The notes: generated by a model not told the origin, from the sequence alone. Counted from the stretch's first letter, positions 39,738-53,525 are shown. The stretch is DNA of 64,000 nucleotides from Geosiphon pyriformis uo1 (GCA_016748015.1 JAAOMT010000602.1:1579367-1643366), one strand, 5' to 3'. Program-made: numbers and translations.

Positions 39738-40977
39738 TCAAATTAAATACAATTTGAGACTTTTCTCTGAATCATTATTACTCTCATCTTCAGAAGTTTG
39801 GCCATCGTTATCTTTGGTTGAATTGTTTGCCATTGCTCTTTTTTCGCTAGCTATCATCAAAAACAAGAATCAGGATCCTATATCGAAATAACTCAATCTA
39901 ATCAAGATTAAAAACCCATAATTATCAGACCTTCATCTTCCTCTTTTATAAGTTTGGGCAACAATTTTTTCGTCACATTCTCAAACAATTGATTCAACTC
40001 TTCGTCTTTATGAATAGCTAATTTCAAATGCCCTGGTCTGATCCGAGCTTTTTTATTATCACGTGCAGTATTACTAGCCAATTCCAAAATTTCTGCAGCA
40101 AGGTATTCGAGGATAGCGGCCATGTATATAGAAGCACAATCACTAATCTGATCTGCATATCGGCCTTTACGCAAACGTCGACGAATTCGACCAACTGGAA
40201 AAATGGGACCCGCCTTGAAGAAATTACTGCTCAGCGGATTATCATGATGTTGGATAGGTCGACCTTTCTCTGTCGCCTCTGTCTCCGTTTGCGTCCCTTC
40301 AATATGATAAATTTATTTAAATATAAGAAAAATAAAGGAAACAATTTATAAATATACCACAAAGAGTCCAGCGAGGTAACGTAAACGAAATTCTTTTCAT
40401 CTCCCTAGTTAGCCAGAGTTTGTCCTCCTCTCCTAGTTTGCGTTTAAGATTTGCAGAACCAGCAGAAGTTAGTCAATGTCGCAAACATTATATACCAAAC
40501 ATTCTCTCAAATATGGATATTTCTTCCAAAAAACGCTTAATATTACAAGATGAAAAAATAATAATATAGATAGTATGGATAGAAAGGTAAATTTACAAAA
40601 TTGTTACCTGTCTTTTTTATTTCTGTTATCGCATTGTGTAACTTTTCCACCTCCACCTTCAACTCGTTCTTGTCTACGAAGCTGTTACCTGTTTTACTTG
40701 TTTCTGTCAACGCATCTTGGAGTTTTCGCACCTGCAACGCCCATATATTTTTATTCGTTTTTAGCTCGTTCACCTCTTCTTCCAGCTCTTCTTTTTCTTC
40801 TATCCATGCCTCCTTTTCATCAGTGTCCGTCCACTTTTTTCCTCTCAACTTGTTCTTTAATTCACTTAACCTATTTCCCTCCTCACTCTTCCTAAACTCC
40901 TTTAGCTCCTCCACGCATCTCTTATATTCGGTTATAGTGTCTCCTAATCCACGTTCGATCTTGTCCACACTAGCCAT
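39738..40977 (-). CDS. Putative coiled-coil::histone H2A fusion protein (4 exons, 307 aa), docking domain partly deleted
   Basis: Exons 40977-40608, 40432-40358, 40296-39931 and 39850-39738, all joined by phase-1 GT-AG introns, total 924 nt with no internal stop. H2A core: [56 protein letters not shown]2A homology is certain; the fusion splicing is inferred. Confidence 0.6.
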
Positions 40978-41074
40978 GATGTTATGTGCGTTTGTTATGG
41001 TTCGGGAAGATAGGGCCCTAACATATGTTTGGTTCGTGTCGATGACGTTTCAGATCTTTAATCTATCAGTATAA

Positions 41075-44000
41075 ATTACAATTTTATGGTAATAATTATT
41101 GTATTGTGTAATAATTATTAATATTATTATTAACTATTTTTTGAATATATTAAAATAATTTTAAAGTTATTATTGCATTGTATATTTTTAGCATTTTAAT
41201 TTAATTTAATTTAAAAACTTTTTTCTTTTGCATTTTTATGAGTTTACTTAAAACAAAGAGCAGTATTACAGATCGGAATAACATGCTAACTGATAGCAAG
41301 GTGGAACAAATATTTTCTATTTTTTCATAGTTTTTTATAAGTTAATAATAAAATATACACTAATTTTATATTCTATTATAATTTGTTTTTTAATAATAAA
41401 CAAAGTATTTGGTAATTTTTTATCTAATATTTATCAAAAATTAAAAAAATATTTTGTATATTTAATCAAAAAAATATTTTCTATGTTAAATAAAATATAT
41501 ATGTTTTAAAATTATAATAATTCTACTTATACTTGTTTTAATGTTTTATTAATCAATACTATAATTATTATAAACTAGTAACCAATTAGTTTTTTTCTGA
41601 TATTTTTTGATTTTTGTATTATAAACAGATTAATTATTAAATATTGTTTATATTAATTTTATAAAATATAAAATCTGTTGTTTAATACTTTTTTAATAAT
41701 AAATGATCTTTTTTATTAACTTGAAAATTTGTTACTAAAAATACTGTTTCTATCTGGTTTGTATTTAAAAACTAAGTTATTAAAAGATTTTATGAGTTTT
41801 TTTTTTTTAAGTCTTTCTTAAAACTATTTATGTTTTTACTAAAGAATTTAAAATTGTTTCAAGTTTTTATTGTAAAATATTTTGGGTATTTAAGTTTTGT
41901 TATTTTTTTAAAAGATATTGTCTTAATATTAGTTTTAATAAATAATATTGCTATATGTTTATACAATTAGTAAAAAAGTTTATAATTAAATATATTATAA
42001 TATTATGATTAAATTTTTTACTTTTTAGCTTTTATTTATTTACTTAGCCAAAATTATTTATATGTATTAGTCATTAATGTCATTAATTAGCCATCTTATT
42101 TTTAGAATTAATTATTAATATAATTATTAACATAATCAATAACTTAATTATTAACTTAGTTATTAATTGGGTTATTAATCTAATCATTGACTTGATTACT
42201 AATCTAATTATTAATTTTTTTTGAAAGTATATAAATGAACTTTTTAAAGCTATAAAAAGACATTTACACTTGACTTATACTCAAATTAATATAATAATAT
42301 TAACTTTTTTTAATTTTTTATTATTATTTGTATAATTATTAGTTTTTGTAAAGTATATTGAAGAAATATTTACTGAAAAATACAATTAATATCTAATATT
42401 AAATTCTAAAAGCATTAATATAAGACATAGAATTATATTAATGTATTATTTTTTGTTAACAATACAGACTATTTTTTTATTTTTGAATTTTTTTGTTATC
42501 TTTTAAAAAAAATAACAACTAAAATATTTATAAGACTAATCTTACACATTAAATTTTTACTAATTTAATTTACTTATTAAAGTTGAATTATTTTTTTGAT
42601 TGTTTTATTATTATACAAAGTTATTTTTTCTTGCTATTTATTAGTTTGTTAATTCGACTGTAATATTATAGTTGAATTTCTTATTTATTTAACCATAATT
42701 AATCATATGTATTAGTTATTAATATTATTAATTAACTATTCTATTTTTAGAATTAGTTATTAATATGATTATTAACTTGATTAATAGCTTGATTATTAAC
42801 TTAATTATTAACTTGATTATTAATTTAGCTATTAATTTAATTATTGATTTAATTATTGATTTAATTATTAACCAAATTATTAATGTAATTATTGCTCTAA
42901 TTATTAATTCTTTTATAAAACTATATAAATAAAAACTCTTTAAATTTTAAAAAAAGTATTTATATTTAAATTATATTTAAATTAATATAATAATATCAAC
43001 TTTTTATTTTTTTTTACTTTTTTTTACTTTTTTTCTTGATTTGTATAATTATTAGTTTTTGTAAAATATATTAAATAAAAATTTACTGAAAAATACAATT
43101 AATATCTAATATTAAATTTTAAAAATACTGATGTAAAACATAAAATTATACTAGTGTGTTATTTTTTGTTGACAATATAAATTATTTTTTTACTTTCAAA
43201 TTTTTTTGTATTTTTAAAAAGAATAATAACTAAAATATTTATAAAACTAATCTTGTATATTAAATTTTTATAAATTTAATTTGTTTATTAAATTTAAATT
43301 ATTTTTTTAATTATTTTATTGTTATACAATACTGTTTTTTTTTGTTATTTATTAACTTGTTAATTAGAATATACAATAATTTACTATTTAATAAACAAAA
43401 AATATTAAAGACAAAACTTTGTTTTATAAGTTTTTTGTTTTTTGGTTTTTATTAAAGTTTTACAAAGTATTTAATTAAAATACTTTATCAATTTATTTGT
43501 TTGAAAATATTAAAAAAAAGATTTGTAATATAATTTAAGTTTTTTTGCTAATAAATTAACAAAACTTTTTTTCTATTTAAAAGTAAATTTTAAGATATTT
43601 ATAATAATTTATAATTTTTTTATATATATTATTAACAATTAAAATAGCTATTTAATTTGATATTTTATTTATTTTTTTAAGTAATTATTGCTGTAATAAT
43701 ATATTTGTTTTTATTAAAAATTACTGTTAAGAATTTAACTATATTGATTTTAATTTTTTTAAAAAGTTGATTAACAAATATTTAATAAATGTTTTCTTTT
43801 TAATTAAATTTTTTTATTAATAAATAATTTAAAGATTAATAATAATATTATATTAGTGTTTTTTAAATTGTTTTATTAATAAATTTATATACATATTATA
43901 TATTTCAATTTTTTTTTGATATTTTTGATACAATTAATTCTAATAAATCAAATAGAAATTTAAATATTTTTACAAATATTTTTTTTGGAGATGATTATAA

Positions 44001-45900
44001 TTTGATAAATATTATTTTTATTTAAAATTTAATAAAAGCTAAATTATTTTCTAAGTCTATTATTATGTTTGATTTTAAATAATACAAATAATTAATTTGT
44101 GAAATTTTTACTAAAATTTTTTATTGCTAAATTGTTAATTAAAATAAAGTATTTGTATTTTGATTATTTTTTTTGATATTTAATTTTATAATTATAATTA
44201 TATAATTGAGAATTTAATAAATAATTTGTTTATATATCAATATTTTTTTGTTTTATAATTAGACTAAGGTTTAATAATTAATATATATTATAAAATAAAT
44301 ACTTAAAAAATATTGATTTTAATAGTTAATTGTTTAAACTATTATTAAGCATTTTTTTTTAATAATAATATAATTCTGTTTGATTAAAAACATTATTCTA
44401 TTTATATAAACTATAATATATTCATTTTTGTATTGGCTGGATTAAGAAAAATTTTATTTTTTAAAATAAAATAACTTAAAAAACAAATAAATTGATATTT
44501 AAAAAATAATTTAATAGGATTTATTTTGAAATTTGTATTAAAAGTTTGTTAAAAATAAGTTAAATGCTTTTAAATATATAATTATATTATTATATTTGGA
44601 ACTTTTACTTTTTAGTTTTATTTATTTATTTATTTAGTTATATATATTAGCATTAATAATATTATTAATTATTTTATTTTTAGAATTAGTTATTAATGTG
44701 ATTATTAACTTAATTAATAACTTTATCAATAACTTGATTATTGAATTATTTAGTGTTGTCCTGACTGGTTCGAGTGGCTGGTCACGTGTAGAAAGTGCAT
44801 GATTCGCGCTTAGTTTAGATCATTTCTTTGATGTATAGTTCTAAGTAGCGTTTGGACTTCACTCGTTAAATGTTAAAAAAAAAAAATTAGTTATTAATTT
44901 AATCATTAACTCAATTATTAACCAAATTATTAATATAATTACTAATTTGATCATTAATTTTTTTTATTAGTATATAAACGAAATTTTTCAAAGCGATAAA
45001 AATTTATTTACACTTCGATTAATTTATTTAAAGCAATAATTAATACAATAATATTGACTTTTTTATTTTTTTTAACTATTTTTTGACTATTTCTTTCTTA
45101 ATTTGTATAATTGTTAGTTTTTGTAATGTATATTGAATAATTATTTACTAAAAAGTACAATTAATATTTGATATTGAATTTTAAGAGTATTAATATAAGA
45201 TATACAATTATACCCGTGTATTAATTTATATTAATGATATAACTATCTTTTTATTTTTTTATTTTCTTGTACTTTTAAAAAAAATAATAACTGAGATATT
45301 TATAAAACTGATTTTACTAATTCAATTTGCTTATTAAAAGTTGAATTACCTTTTTATTATTTTTATTTTTATACAATACTGTTCGCTTTTGCTATTTATT
45401 AGTGTATTATACCTAATTATAACATAAAAGTGATGCTTTTTGTAAAATTGTCAAACTATTGAATTCATTTATTATTGTATGGACAATTACTTTTTTTTAT
45501 AGCACAAAAAATCTAAAATAATTTTACAGCCCATAATTAAAATGATTTAGTTTATATTAAATTTAATCTTCTTTCATTTTATCTTATTTGTTTTCCAGTT
45601 GAAAAAAAATCTAGTTAACAGTTTCAAAATTTTTTGATCAATTATATAGTAGAAATTTATTTAGCATACACAGTTTACTTTTTTAATAAGAAAAAATTTG
45701 AAGCAAAAAACAATTATATTAATTACTTTTAGTCAACTTTTCCTCGAGTTTGAAATCTTAATTAACAAATTCACAATTGAATTACTGCTCATTAATTGAC
45801 TGAAACTTTTTAAGAAACCAAAAACAAAAAAGCTATTCAACAACTCCTAGTTTTAAACTTTTTTTAAGCAATTTAGACTTCTTATCTCGAACTTCAACAT
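41075..45900. mobile_element. Hypermutated retroelement relic region containing a triplicated ~600-750 bp unit (42061, 42706, 44641)
   Basis: Three alignable copies, each with 12-bp internal repeats (minus strand gttaataatcaa = VNNQ). Extreme AT content. Confidence 0.65.
44745..44886 (+). mobile_element. 5'-truncated poly(A)-tailed retroposon insertion (copy C)
   Basis: A GC-richer block (gagtggctggtcacgtgtagaaagtgcatga..A12) interrupts the third repeat unit and is absent from the other two units. Confidence 0.7.
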
Positions 45901-46900
45901 TTGTTATGGCTCTTGTTAAAGCATATATATTACTTACTCTTCAAGATATTTAAACTGTTCTAAGTTGTTAAAATATAAGTCTTTTATCTTTGTTTTGAGA
46001 AGATTCTCAAGATCCAATAGATTGGCTTGAAAAATTTAAAAAAACTACTACTGCAAATTAGTATAATAATAATTACAAGTTTCAAATAATTAAAGGATAT
46101 CTTTAAGGGTTTTCTGTTATATAGCTCATCCAGAAAATAACTAGTGGAGCTGTTTAACAAATTGTTTAATAATTTTCTAAGAATACTGGTCAAAATAATT
46201 ACTGAATATGCCAAAGCAATTCAGAAATTAATAAAATAGGTAGATTCAAGAAGAAACTGGATGGAAAAAAAAGATTCACTTTTTTACTAGAGATTTATAA
46301 ACATATTTATTATATGTTCTATGGCCTTTTCTTACGATAAAAAATAATTTCACATTAGATACTACAGTAGAATTGGAGTGCATAGAAGACAATTAACAGA
46401 TTCACTTAAGAAACATTCTTCCACTGCTGACAACTGCTTCAACCTTTGCTCCTGCTCTCTAAATGACTGTTATATTATTTACTGTCTATGTTCAAGACCC
46501 AAATAAACAATTAATAAATAGACTGATGGCAAATTTGGCCAGACTTTTAGAACAATTAGCAAGAACTGTTCAAGAAAATCAGAGATCCCCAAAACCTCAA
46601 TATCAGTCTTGTTATAATCAGCAGCAACAACCCCAATATAATCCAAGGCCTAAAGAGCAAAGTCATTCAGTTTGTTATTGATGTAGAAATACTAACCACA
46701 AGGCACAACACTGTAAAATCCTCCTATGCCTCTGCCAAATTTGAGAAATAAAAATCAATAGAATAATGGAAACAACAACAACCGTGCTCCTAATCAAGAA
46801 GCTAATCAGGCCTATGTAAACTTCTTTGGAGAAAATCCTTTACTCAAAGCAACAGAATAAGAGTTTTTAAGCCAGCGGGCACATCTTTCGAGGTTAAGAG
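45900..46900 (+). mobile_element. Ty3/Gypsy-type gag relic with CCHC zinc knuckle
   Basis: Reads QDPIDWLEKFKKTTTAN*Y..YKFQIIKGYL* (retrotransposon gag pattern), a Q/P-rich linker, and C-Y-*-C-R-N-T-N-H-K-A-Q-H-C (CX2CX4HX4C) near 46673-46714. Confidence 0.8.
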
Positions 46901-47087
46901 TGCAAGCCGAGAGGAAAAAAACTCCTTGTTTAGTTTCAATTTAATTGATAAGAATATGGAGTTACAAGAGATTTTATGCCTTTCTTGGAAGGCTTAGAGC
47001 AATAGGCTATATAAAACTATGTGTGTACGAATTTCAAATTAGGAGCCTTATTTAGCCTAACCTTTAGAAAATATCTAATCCAGGGAA

Positions 47088-48584
47088 TTAATTTTTCTGG
47101 ATTTGAAAAACTTCATAATCATCAAATAAAAATTCTACCGCTCTTTTTTCGGACCCAGGCATTATAACGTGCTCATAATTTGCTTCATTTAGACAAATGC
47201 ATGGAATAGATTGAAAATTAAGACTATATGTTCGAATACTACCATAGCCAAATTGGGGTCCGAACTCTTTATGACCAAAAGGTCCATATCCACTAACGAA
47301 TTTGCTAAGTTTAGCATTTTGAGGTTTGCCATCTCCAAGGGAAAAAATAAAACTTCCCTCTCCGTTAAAATGTGAACCTAAAGAGTGCCAAGATTCCGGG
47401 GTATAGCCGCCAATCAATTGACCAGTCTCTTTAACTTTGATTACAGTAATTGTTGCTCCTTTGTTATCACATAATCGATGAAAATCATTTGGTGAGAATC
47501 CGTCTCGACTGCCTCGAAGTAGTAATTTAAAAGCATTTCCTGGTTTGTTTTGAAAAGGAGTGTTTTCGTTTTTGCCTTCAATCCAGTGATCAAGTTGCTT
47601 TATATTGTGTGGTTGAAGAAGCTCTGATTCAATTTTTGATTGTGAAAACCGTAATGACTGAGCGTCAAGAGATGTTTGATGACTCCCCGGTACTAGATAA
47701 TGGTGTAAAAGATCTTCATATAAGGTTCCAGGTAAAATTCTCGCAAATGGCTTTACTTTATAATAGAAGTCAACTGAAGATATGTTAAAGAACCGGATTA
47801 AAGGTAGAAATTCTCCAATAGATTCCTTAAAAGCTTCAAAGTTTTCATCTGTCCAATTAAGAACTTTATCCAATTGAATCTCATTGCTTAATTTAGCTGC
47901 TCCCCATTCTAAAATCTTTTTCCATATTTCAATTTCTTCCATATTTAAGTCATCCCGAGATAAAATTGAGCAAAGAGCATTTTTATTAAGAGAGGTAAAA
48001 TCTTGAGAGTTAAAGACTGTAGCTGGATTGTTGACAGCTATTTCGGTGCAGAACTTTTGTAGCTTATTGAACGAATGATGGTTGAAGGATGTTTCATTAA
48101 AAGTGGTAAAATTTTTTTCCAAATCTGTTGCATGGTGTTCAATTAGATAATCTTCAAGGTGATCAATAAGTTTTTCTAGAATGAGTTCATCAGCGGCAAT
48201 AAGCAATTCTAAGATTGTAAGTGCTCCGTGTTCATTAGGAGATATTTCACCACTATAAATGTATCTAGATAAAATAAAAAAATTAAATAGTCATGAATAG
48301 AAATATTAAGCCAACAAAATTACTCACCCAAGAATCACCTCAAAAATATCGGGCGATATATTAGGTTTAGAAAAGACGATGGTTTTATTTTCTCTTTTAA
48401 AATCACCACTAGACAGCGCTACAGCAAAATACGAGGATCTTGCTGCTAAAATTTGTGAATGGACATTAAAACTTCTAATATTAGGCGCTTTGCCAACAGC
48501 AATCCTAACATCAGAAAAATTCTGACTATTCAATAAGCTCTTAAAATCGCGAGATAAAGTGTGAAAGAGTTGTTGGGGTGCCAT
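47088..48584 (-). CDS. BTB/POZ-BACK-TLDc domain protein, paralogue 4, 477 aa
   Basis: Exon 1 48584-48328, 63-nt intron 48327-48265, exon 2 48264-47088. Intact and very similar to paralogue 2. Confidence 0.93.
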
Positions 48585-48886
48585 TGATAAGATATAAGAA
48601 GTTTAAAATAATATGTTTTAAAAAGAAGGGTATTTTAAATTTGATATTCGGAAAGATGATCAAAAAAATTGCCTATCTATTTTTATACTGTATATCACAA
48701 GTCCAATTGAAGCTCGCTTTAAGATAAAAAAATAAATTATCCTTTTGAATAAAACGCAAGGTAAATTAGCATTTCTTTTATTCCATCTGCTATTTTTATG
48801 ACTTAGTTTTTAGTCTATTATGTTTAAAATAAATGTTCTATTTAAACTAATTTTGAAAAAGGTCATATCATGTGATTTATTAATTA

Positions 48887-50159
48887 CAGTGTGTTGCAAA
48901 AATTGGACAAAAATGCACATCACAAAACTTGATACAGTTTAACCAATTTTAGTTAGTTTGTAGCGGTTGAATTAGGAAGTGAATGCTAAGATAAGTGGCT
49001 AAATATGATAAATTTTTTTCGCGCGTTTTACTAATAATATTTTTAGAAATTTTCTTGCACAATGCTACCTTCCAAGCAAGAAACACAGCGCCAAACCGTA
49101 TTATATTTTTGGAATGAAGGGATACGAGGCTCAACTGAAATAAAACAGCGAACAAATATACCACGCTCTACTATCTATAATATCCTTAAAAAAATTCGAA
49201 AAAACAGGGATGTTGGAGCATGCGGGTGGAAATGATCGGCCGCGAAAAATTAAAGATGCATCACGAACATTAGGACAACACCTCCGTCGAGATTCTTCAA
49301 TATCTTTGAGGACTTTGAAAATAAATTAGCAAAAAAGAATGTAGACGTTTCTCCTAGTACTATCCAAAGGCATTTAATTAATCATGGATATAAAAGACTT
49401 GCCTTTGGCAACTCCAATGCTCACCAATCTCCACAAGGAAAATCGTGTAAAGTGGGGTCAAGAACATCTCAATGATAATTGGAAAAGAACTGTTTTTTCG
49501 GATGAAACAGCTTTTTGTCTATTCCGAAATACAGTAGAACGTTGGTATAAAGGCCAGCGACCAACTCGTGCTATACCAAAAGATCGAACAAAAATTATGG
49601 CGTGGGGTGGATTTTATGAGAAAGAAAAGGTAAGTTTATTTTGTTTTACCCAAATAATGGATGCTAAGTTCTATGTAGAAATTATTCGTGAACATTTACC
49701 TGAGATAAGAGGAATGTTAGGGAATGAGTGGCGGTTTCAACAGGACAATGACCCAAAGCACACAAGCCATCTAGCCAAAGCCTTTCTTCAAGAGAATATG
49801 CCTGAAGTTATAGCTTGGCCATCTAATAGTCCTGACTTGAATCTCATTGAAAACTTATGGGCTATTGTGAAAAGGAATGTGGAGAAGCGTATGCCCAAAA
49901 ATCGGGATGAATTAGAGCAGTTTATAAAGGAAGAGTGACGAAATATTCCCCGATCTACCCTAATTGGGTTAGTGGGATCAATGAAACACCGTTGTGAGAT
50001 GATAATTGCGAATAAGGGGGAAAGAATATCATACTAAATTTCTTTTTAACAAAATAATGTGCTTTTAACTTTCTAATTGTATATAATTTATATCTTTTGG
50101 TGCATTGGATAAAGCATAGTGATTATTTTTTTCTGTCCAATTTTTTTTGCAACACACTG
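48887..50159 (+). mobile_element. Tc1/mariner (DD34E) DNA transposon with complete ends and a defective transposase
   Basis: TIRs CAGTGTGTTGC(A)nTTGGACA at both ends and TA TSD (48885-48886, 50160-50161). Transposase 49062-50037 has VFSDET, QQDNDPKH and SPDLNLIENLW (34 residues D to E), three frameshifts in the N-terminal half and a TGA at 49936. Confidence 0.95.
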
Positions 50160-51957
50160 TATATCATTATATCCGAAAAACATAGTTATTTCTTACAGCA
50201 TTAGTATTGAATAATATATATTAAAATGCTTTTTTGATTAATTCATTTTCTCCCAAGTTAAGTCTATTCAATTCAATAAAACAAAGTGTGAGTATCTTTG
50301 AAAAACTCTTAGAATTAAAATATAAAATATTAAAGTATTTAAATATAAAAATTTTCTACTTAAAGCATAACTACGTTAAACTAATAAAAATAGATTTACT
50401 ATTATATTAATGTTGTTTATAAAATTCATTATAGAAATTTATAATAAAATTTATCTTAAAGTTTAAATCTTCGTTCAAAAATTTCACAACTAAATTTTTA
50501 AATCATTATATTCAAATTTGAATTTTTAAAAACAAAATATAGTAGAGTATATAAGATTTATATTCTTGACAAAATAATAATCTAGCTTCATTTGTAAATT
50601 AAATTCAAGAATATATCTTATAAAAAATATTTTTCAAATACAATTGAAATTTTTTATGAGTGAGAAATCTTTGCTAGTTAAATTGTGATTATTTTGAATT
50701 ATCATTTTAAGTAATAGGTTTTTAAGCATATTACATGTAAAATATCAAAGTTCTTTTTGTTATAGGATTGCGAATATTTTATTTTTTTATAAAAAATTGT
50801 TGACATACAGCCTCATGTAAAGGTTTTTCCTTACTTCAACCAAAATTAACTTTAAATAAGTTTATAAAAGCTATTCTCTTATTACTGAAAATTTCAGACT
50901 TTTCTGGTTCCTTTTGAACTGGCTTATTAGGCTCATGCTCATTTGGATTTTTTTTTGCTTTCTCTTTTTGATTTCAGGAAATAAAAGTTGTTGCTGTTAC
51001 TTTTGTTGTTGTTTTTTTGTCTTTACGAGGGTTCATCCTCTAAAACTTTTCTTTTAATGTGAAATTTTTGTTTAATTAATTGGGTATCAAATATTTTTTG
51101 GCTCTAAAAAAGTGAGCCTGTGATAAGGTAAACTTTGAACTTAATTTGAATTACCTTTGAAATGGGCCTTATTTTAACTTTTTACTAAAGTAGAATTTAA
51201 AATGATTTACATCTGATAAAAAATTGTCAAAAGAATTCAAATAAATTGGTTATTGGTAAAATAAAGAATAATTTTTTTTATTCTATCCCATTTTTTTTCA
51301 TTATATTAAGATTTTTAAATAAATTATTTTCATCTTTTGGAATAACAATAATTATAATGACATTAAAATTTTTTTTGATGTTTGAAATCATCTAAAACAC
51401 TGGAACTAGTTGAGGAGTAAAAACAATTATTATTAAGAAGTGCTTTTGCAAATACATTATTCCTTATAGTCGATCAAAGAAAACAAATAATCCATTTTTA
51501 TTTATAACTATATTCAAACCAAATAAATTAGGTTCTATACACTGTATACTTGAAAATATAGAATTTATTAGCACAAGCTTCAAATCTGTGTGTTAAAAAC
51601 AAATCTATTAGTTAAATAGTATTAGAAGAAACCTTTTTCCTGACCACATTTAAAATTTTTAACTTATGTCATTCTCAAGTAACATCATTTCTCAACGGCA
51701 ATTACAATTCAGTGTAAAATTAACTTATGTTCCATAGATCAATATTCTAAAAAATTCGAGAGAGAGTGGTCTATCTTAGCTTTTAAAAGAAATAACTTTC
51801 AGTCTCCATATCAAATATTGACCTTGGAAAATTTCTCCCATAAAATAAATTTGTTTAATCTTAAAAAACAACTCCAGAAATAATAAATCACCACCACAAC
51901 CACTTGATTTCAAATATGATTTCTCAGAATTGGGCTTGCTTATAATGGGGTTTTTTA

Positions 51958-53341
51958 TCAAAATTGAGGGCAATTTTGTAACATGGTGTGACCGAAATAG
52001 GGACCGTAATGATCATCATCAGGATGTGATTTTTTGTAGCTATTTAATGAATCCCTTAATTTGGTTCCCGGATAAGTGATCCTATGGAAATGCTTTCTCG
52101 CATTGCATTCCTATAAAAGGTTTTGTTGTAATTTTAGGGTACTAGGTCAATAAATTCGGAGAAATTCAAAAATTACCTCATGTTCATGTAGAGTAACCGT
52201 ATGAAAACAAAAATAAAATTTTGGATTTGAGCAGTCACATTGAGGTTCTATCCAAATTTCTTTTTGAAAGTGTCTGTACATAACCCTGGAAGATATCAAA
52301 TTTTGATGTATAAGCCACCGTTTTCCACGATCAAGCCCCTCAATTGGAAAATTAGGCATCCAATCATCACCATAAGTGACCCTCCAAACCTTTTGGAGCA
52401 AGTGTTCGGTGTAATGGACAAATAATTCATCCCCAACTCGTGGTTGACCAAAAGTAATAAGAGTTATTGATGCTTCCAAATGCATTCTTTTATATTCAAG
52501 TGCAGCAAGTACGGCGAAGGCTACATTCAAAAAACTTGATAAATTAAAAATTTTACTCCATGAATTTATAATTATCAATAAAGAAATTTTATTTACCAGC
52601 TCCATATCCGAAGCCTGTAAAGGTCAAGCTATTTCTTAGCTTATTTTTCATTTCAAAGCCTTTTAACTTTTCCCAAAATAGTGGTATATCTCTTTCCCAA
52701 CGCCAATAAATAGTTTTCAAGACATACCCATCTTCTACATGTGGGTAAGGTATGACATCCCACAAATTGCGTGCTGTATATTCTGAGATAGAAAACCAAT
52801 CGTGTGCTAAAGCACCAAAAGAAATTGTCGTTTCTGAAATAATTACTGTTTTACAAATAATTATTCAATTAAATTTGAGTTAAGAAATTTGCTTCCCTTT
52901 ATGAAAAATGTTAATCAGTATATAATAACCCCAAATTTCTTTCCTTAAGGAGAATTCTTCATTCGTTCGAATAACTTGTTGACAAGATGCACGCCATGCA
53001 AAAGCTGCATTGGAAGCTAGTTCATGCAAAACATTTTCATCTTCAATAATCTCTTTTACAAAGTTAACACTTGACTCATCATTAGTACTCGATATAGTAA
53101 AGGGTTGAGTAAAAAGATTTCTTTTTTTAATAGGTTCAGTGATAATATGTTTTTGTTTGAGAAATGACGGGTCTTTAATCGGTTTGAAATCATTTTGACA
53201 TATATTATTGAATTTTTTGAAATAAATACTCTCTTTTAATGTTGGTGAAATAATATCTTTAGCTCTAATCAGTTTGATTTTATCAAGATGAGAAATTAGA
53301 ATTAATAGAGAAAAGAATGAGAATTTGAATAGGTAAAACAT
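51958..53341 (-). CDS. Secreted class-3 lipase-fold protein lacking the catalytic Ser (4 exons)
   Basis: Signal peptide, KKR site, LTFTGFGYGA|AFAVLAALE, ITFGQPRVGD, RVTYGDDWMPNFP, YRHFQKEIWI, final exon ECN..DHYGPYFGHTMLQNCPQF*. Confidence 0.85.
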
Positions 53342-53464
53342 TTTTAAATTTTAATTTAGAAAGTAAAAAGTTCTCGGATTTTTATCAAGGATCAAAAATA
53401 GATTAACAGGTTTCATAGCTCATTTTTGGAATTTATTTGTATGAAAATATTTTGTGTTTCTACA

Positions 53465-53467
<3 letters not shown>

Positions 53468-53497
<30 letters not shown>

Positions 53498-53525
53498 CAT
53501 AATCATAACAATAATGATAATAATG
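53468..53525. repeat. (AAT)n imperfect microsatellite in the bidirectional intergenic spacer
   Basis: Direct reading. Confidence 0.8.

Noticed and set aside
40255-40305. Arg-rich N-tail ([13 protein letters not shown]) as the native first exon of the H2A-like gene
   Set aside because: No ATG and a poor donor (GTCGAC). The alternative frame is continuous with H2A and splices to upstream exons.
40575-41074. Plus-strand ORFs 40575-40895 and 40601-41074
   Set aside because: Antisense shadows of the E/K-rich coiled-coil exon.
50740-51037. Lys-rich minus-strand relic as a possible H2B pseudogene
   Set aside because: No recognisable H2B core motif; several stops.
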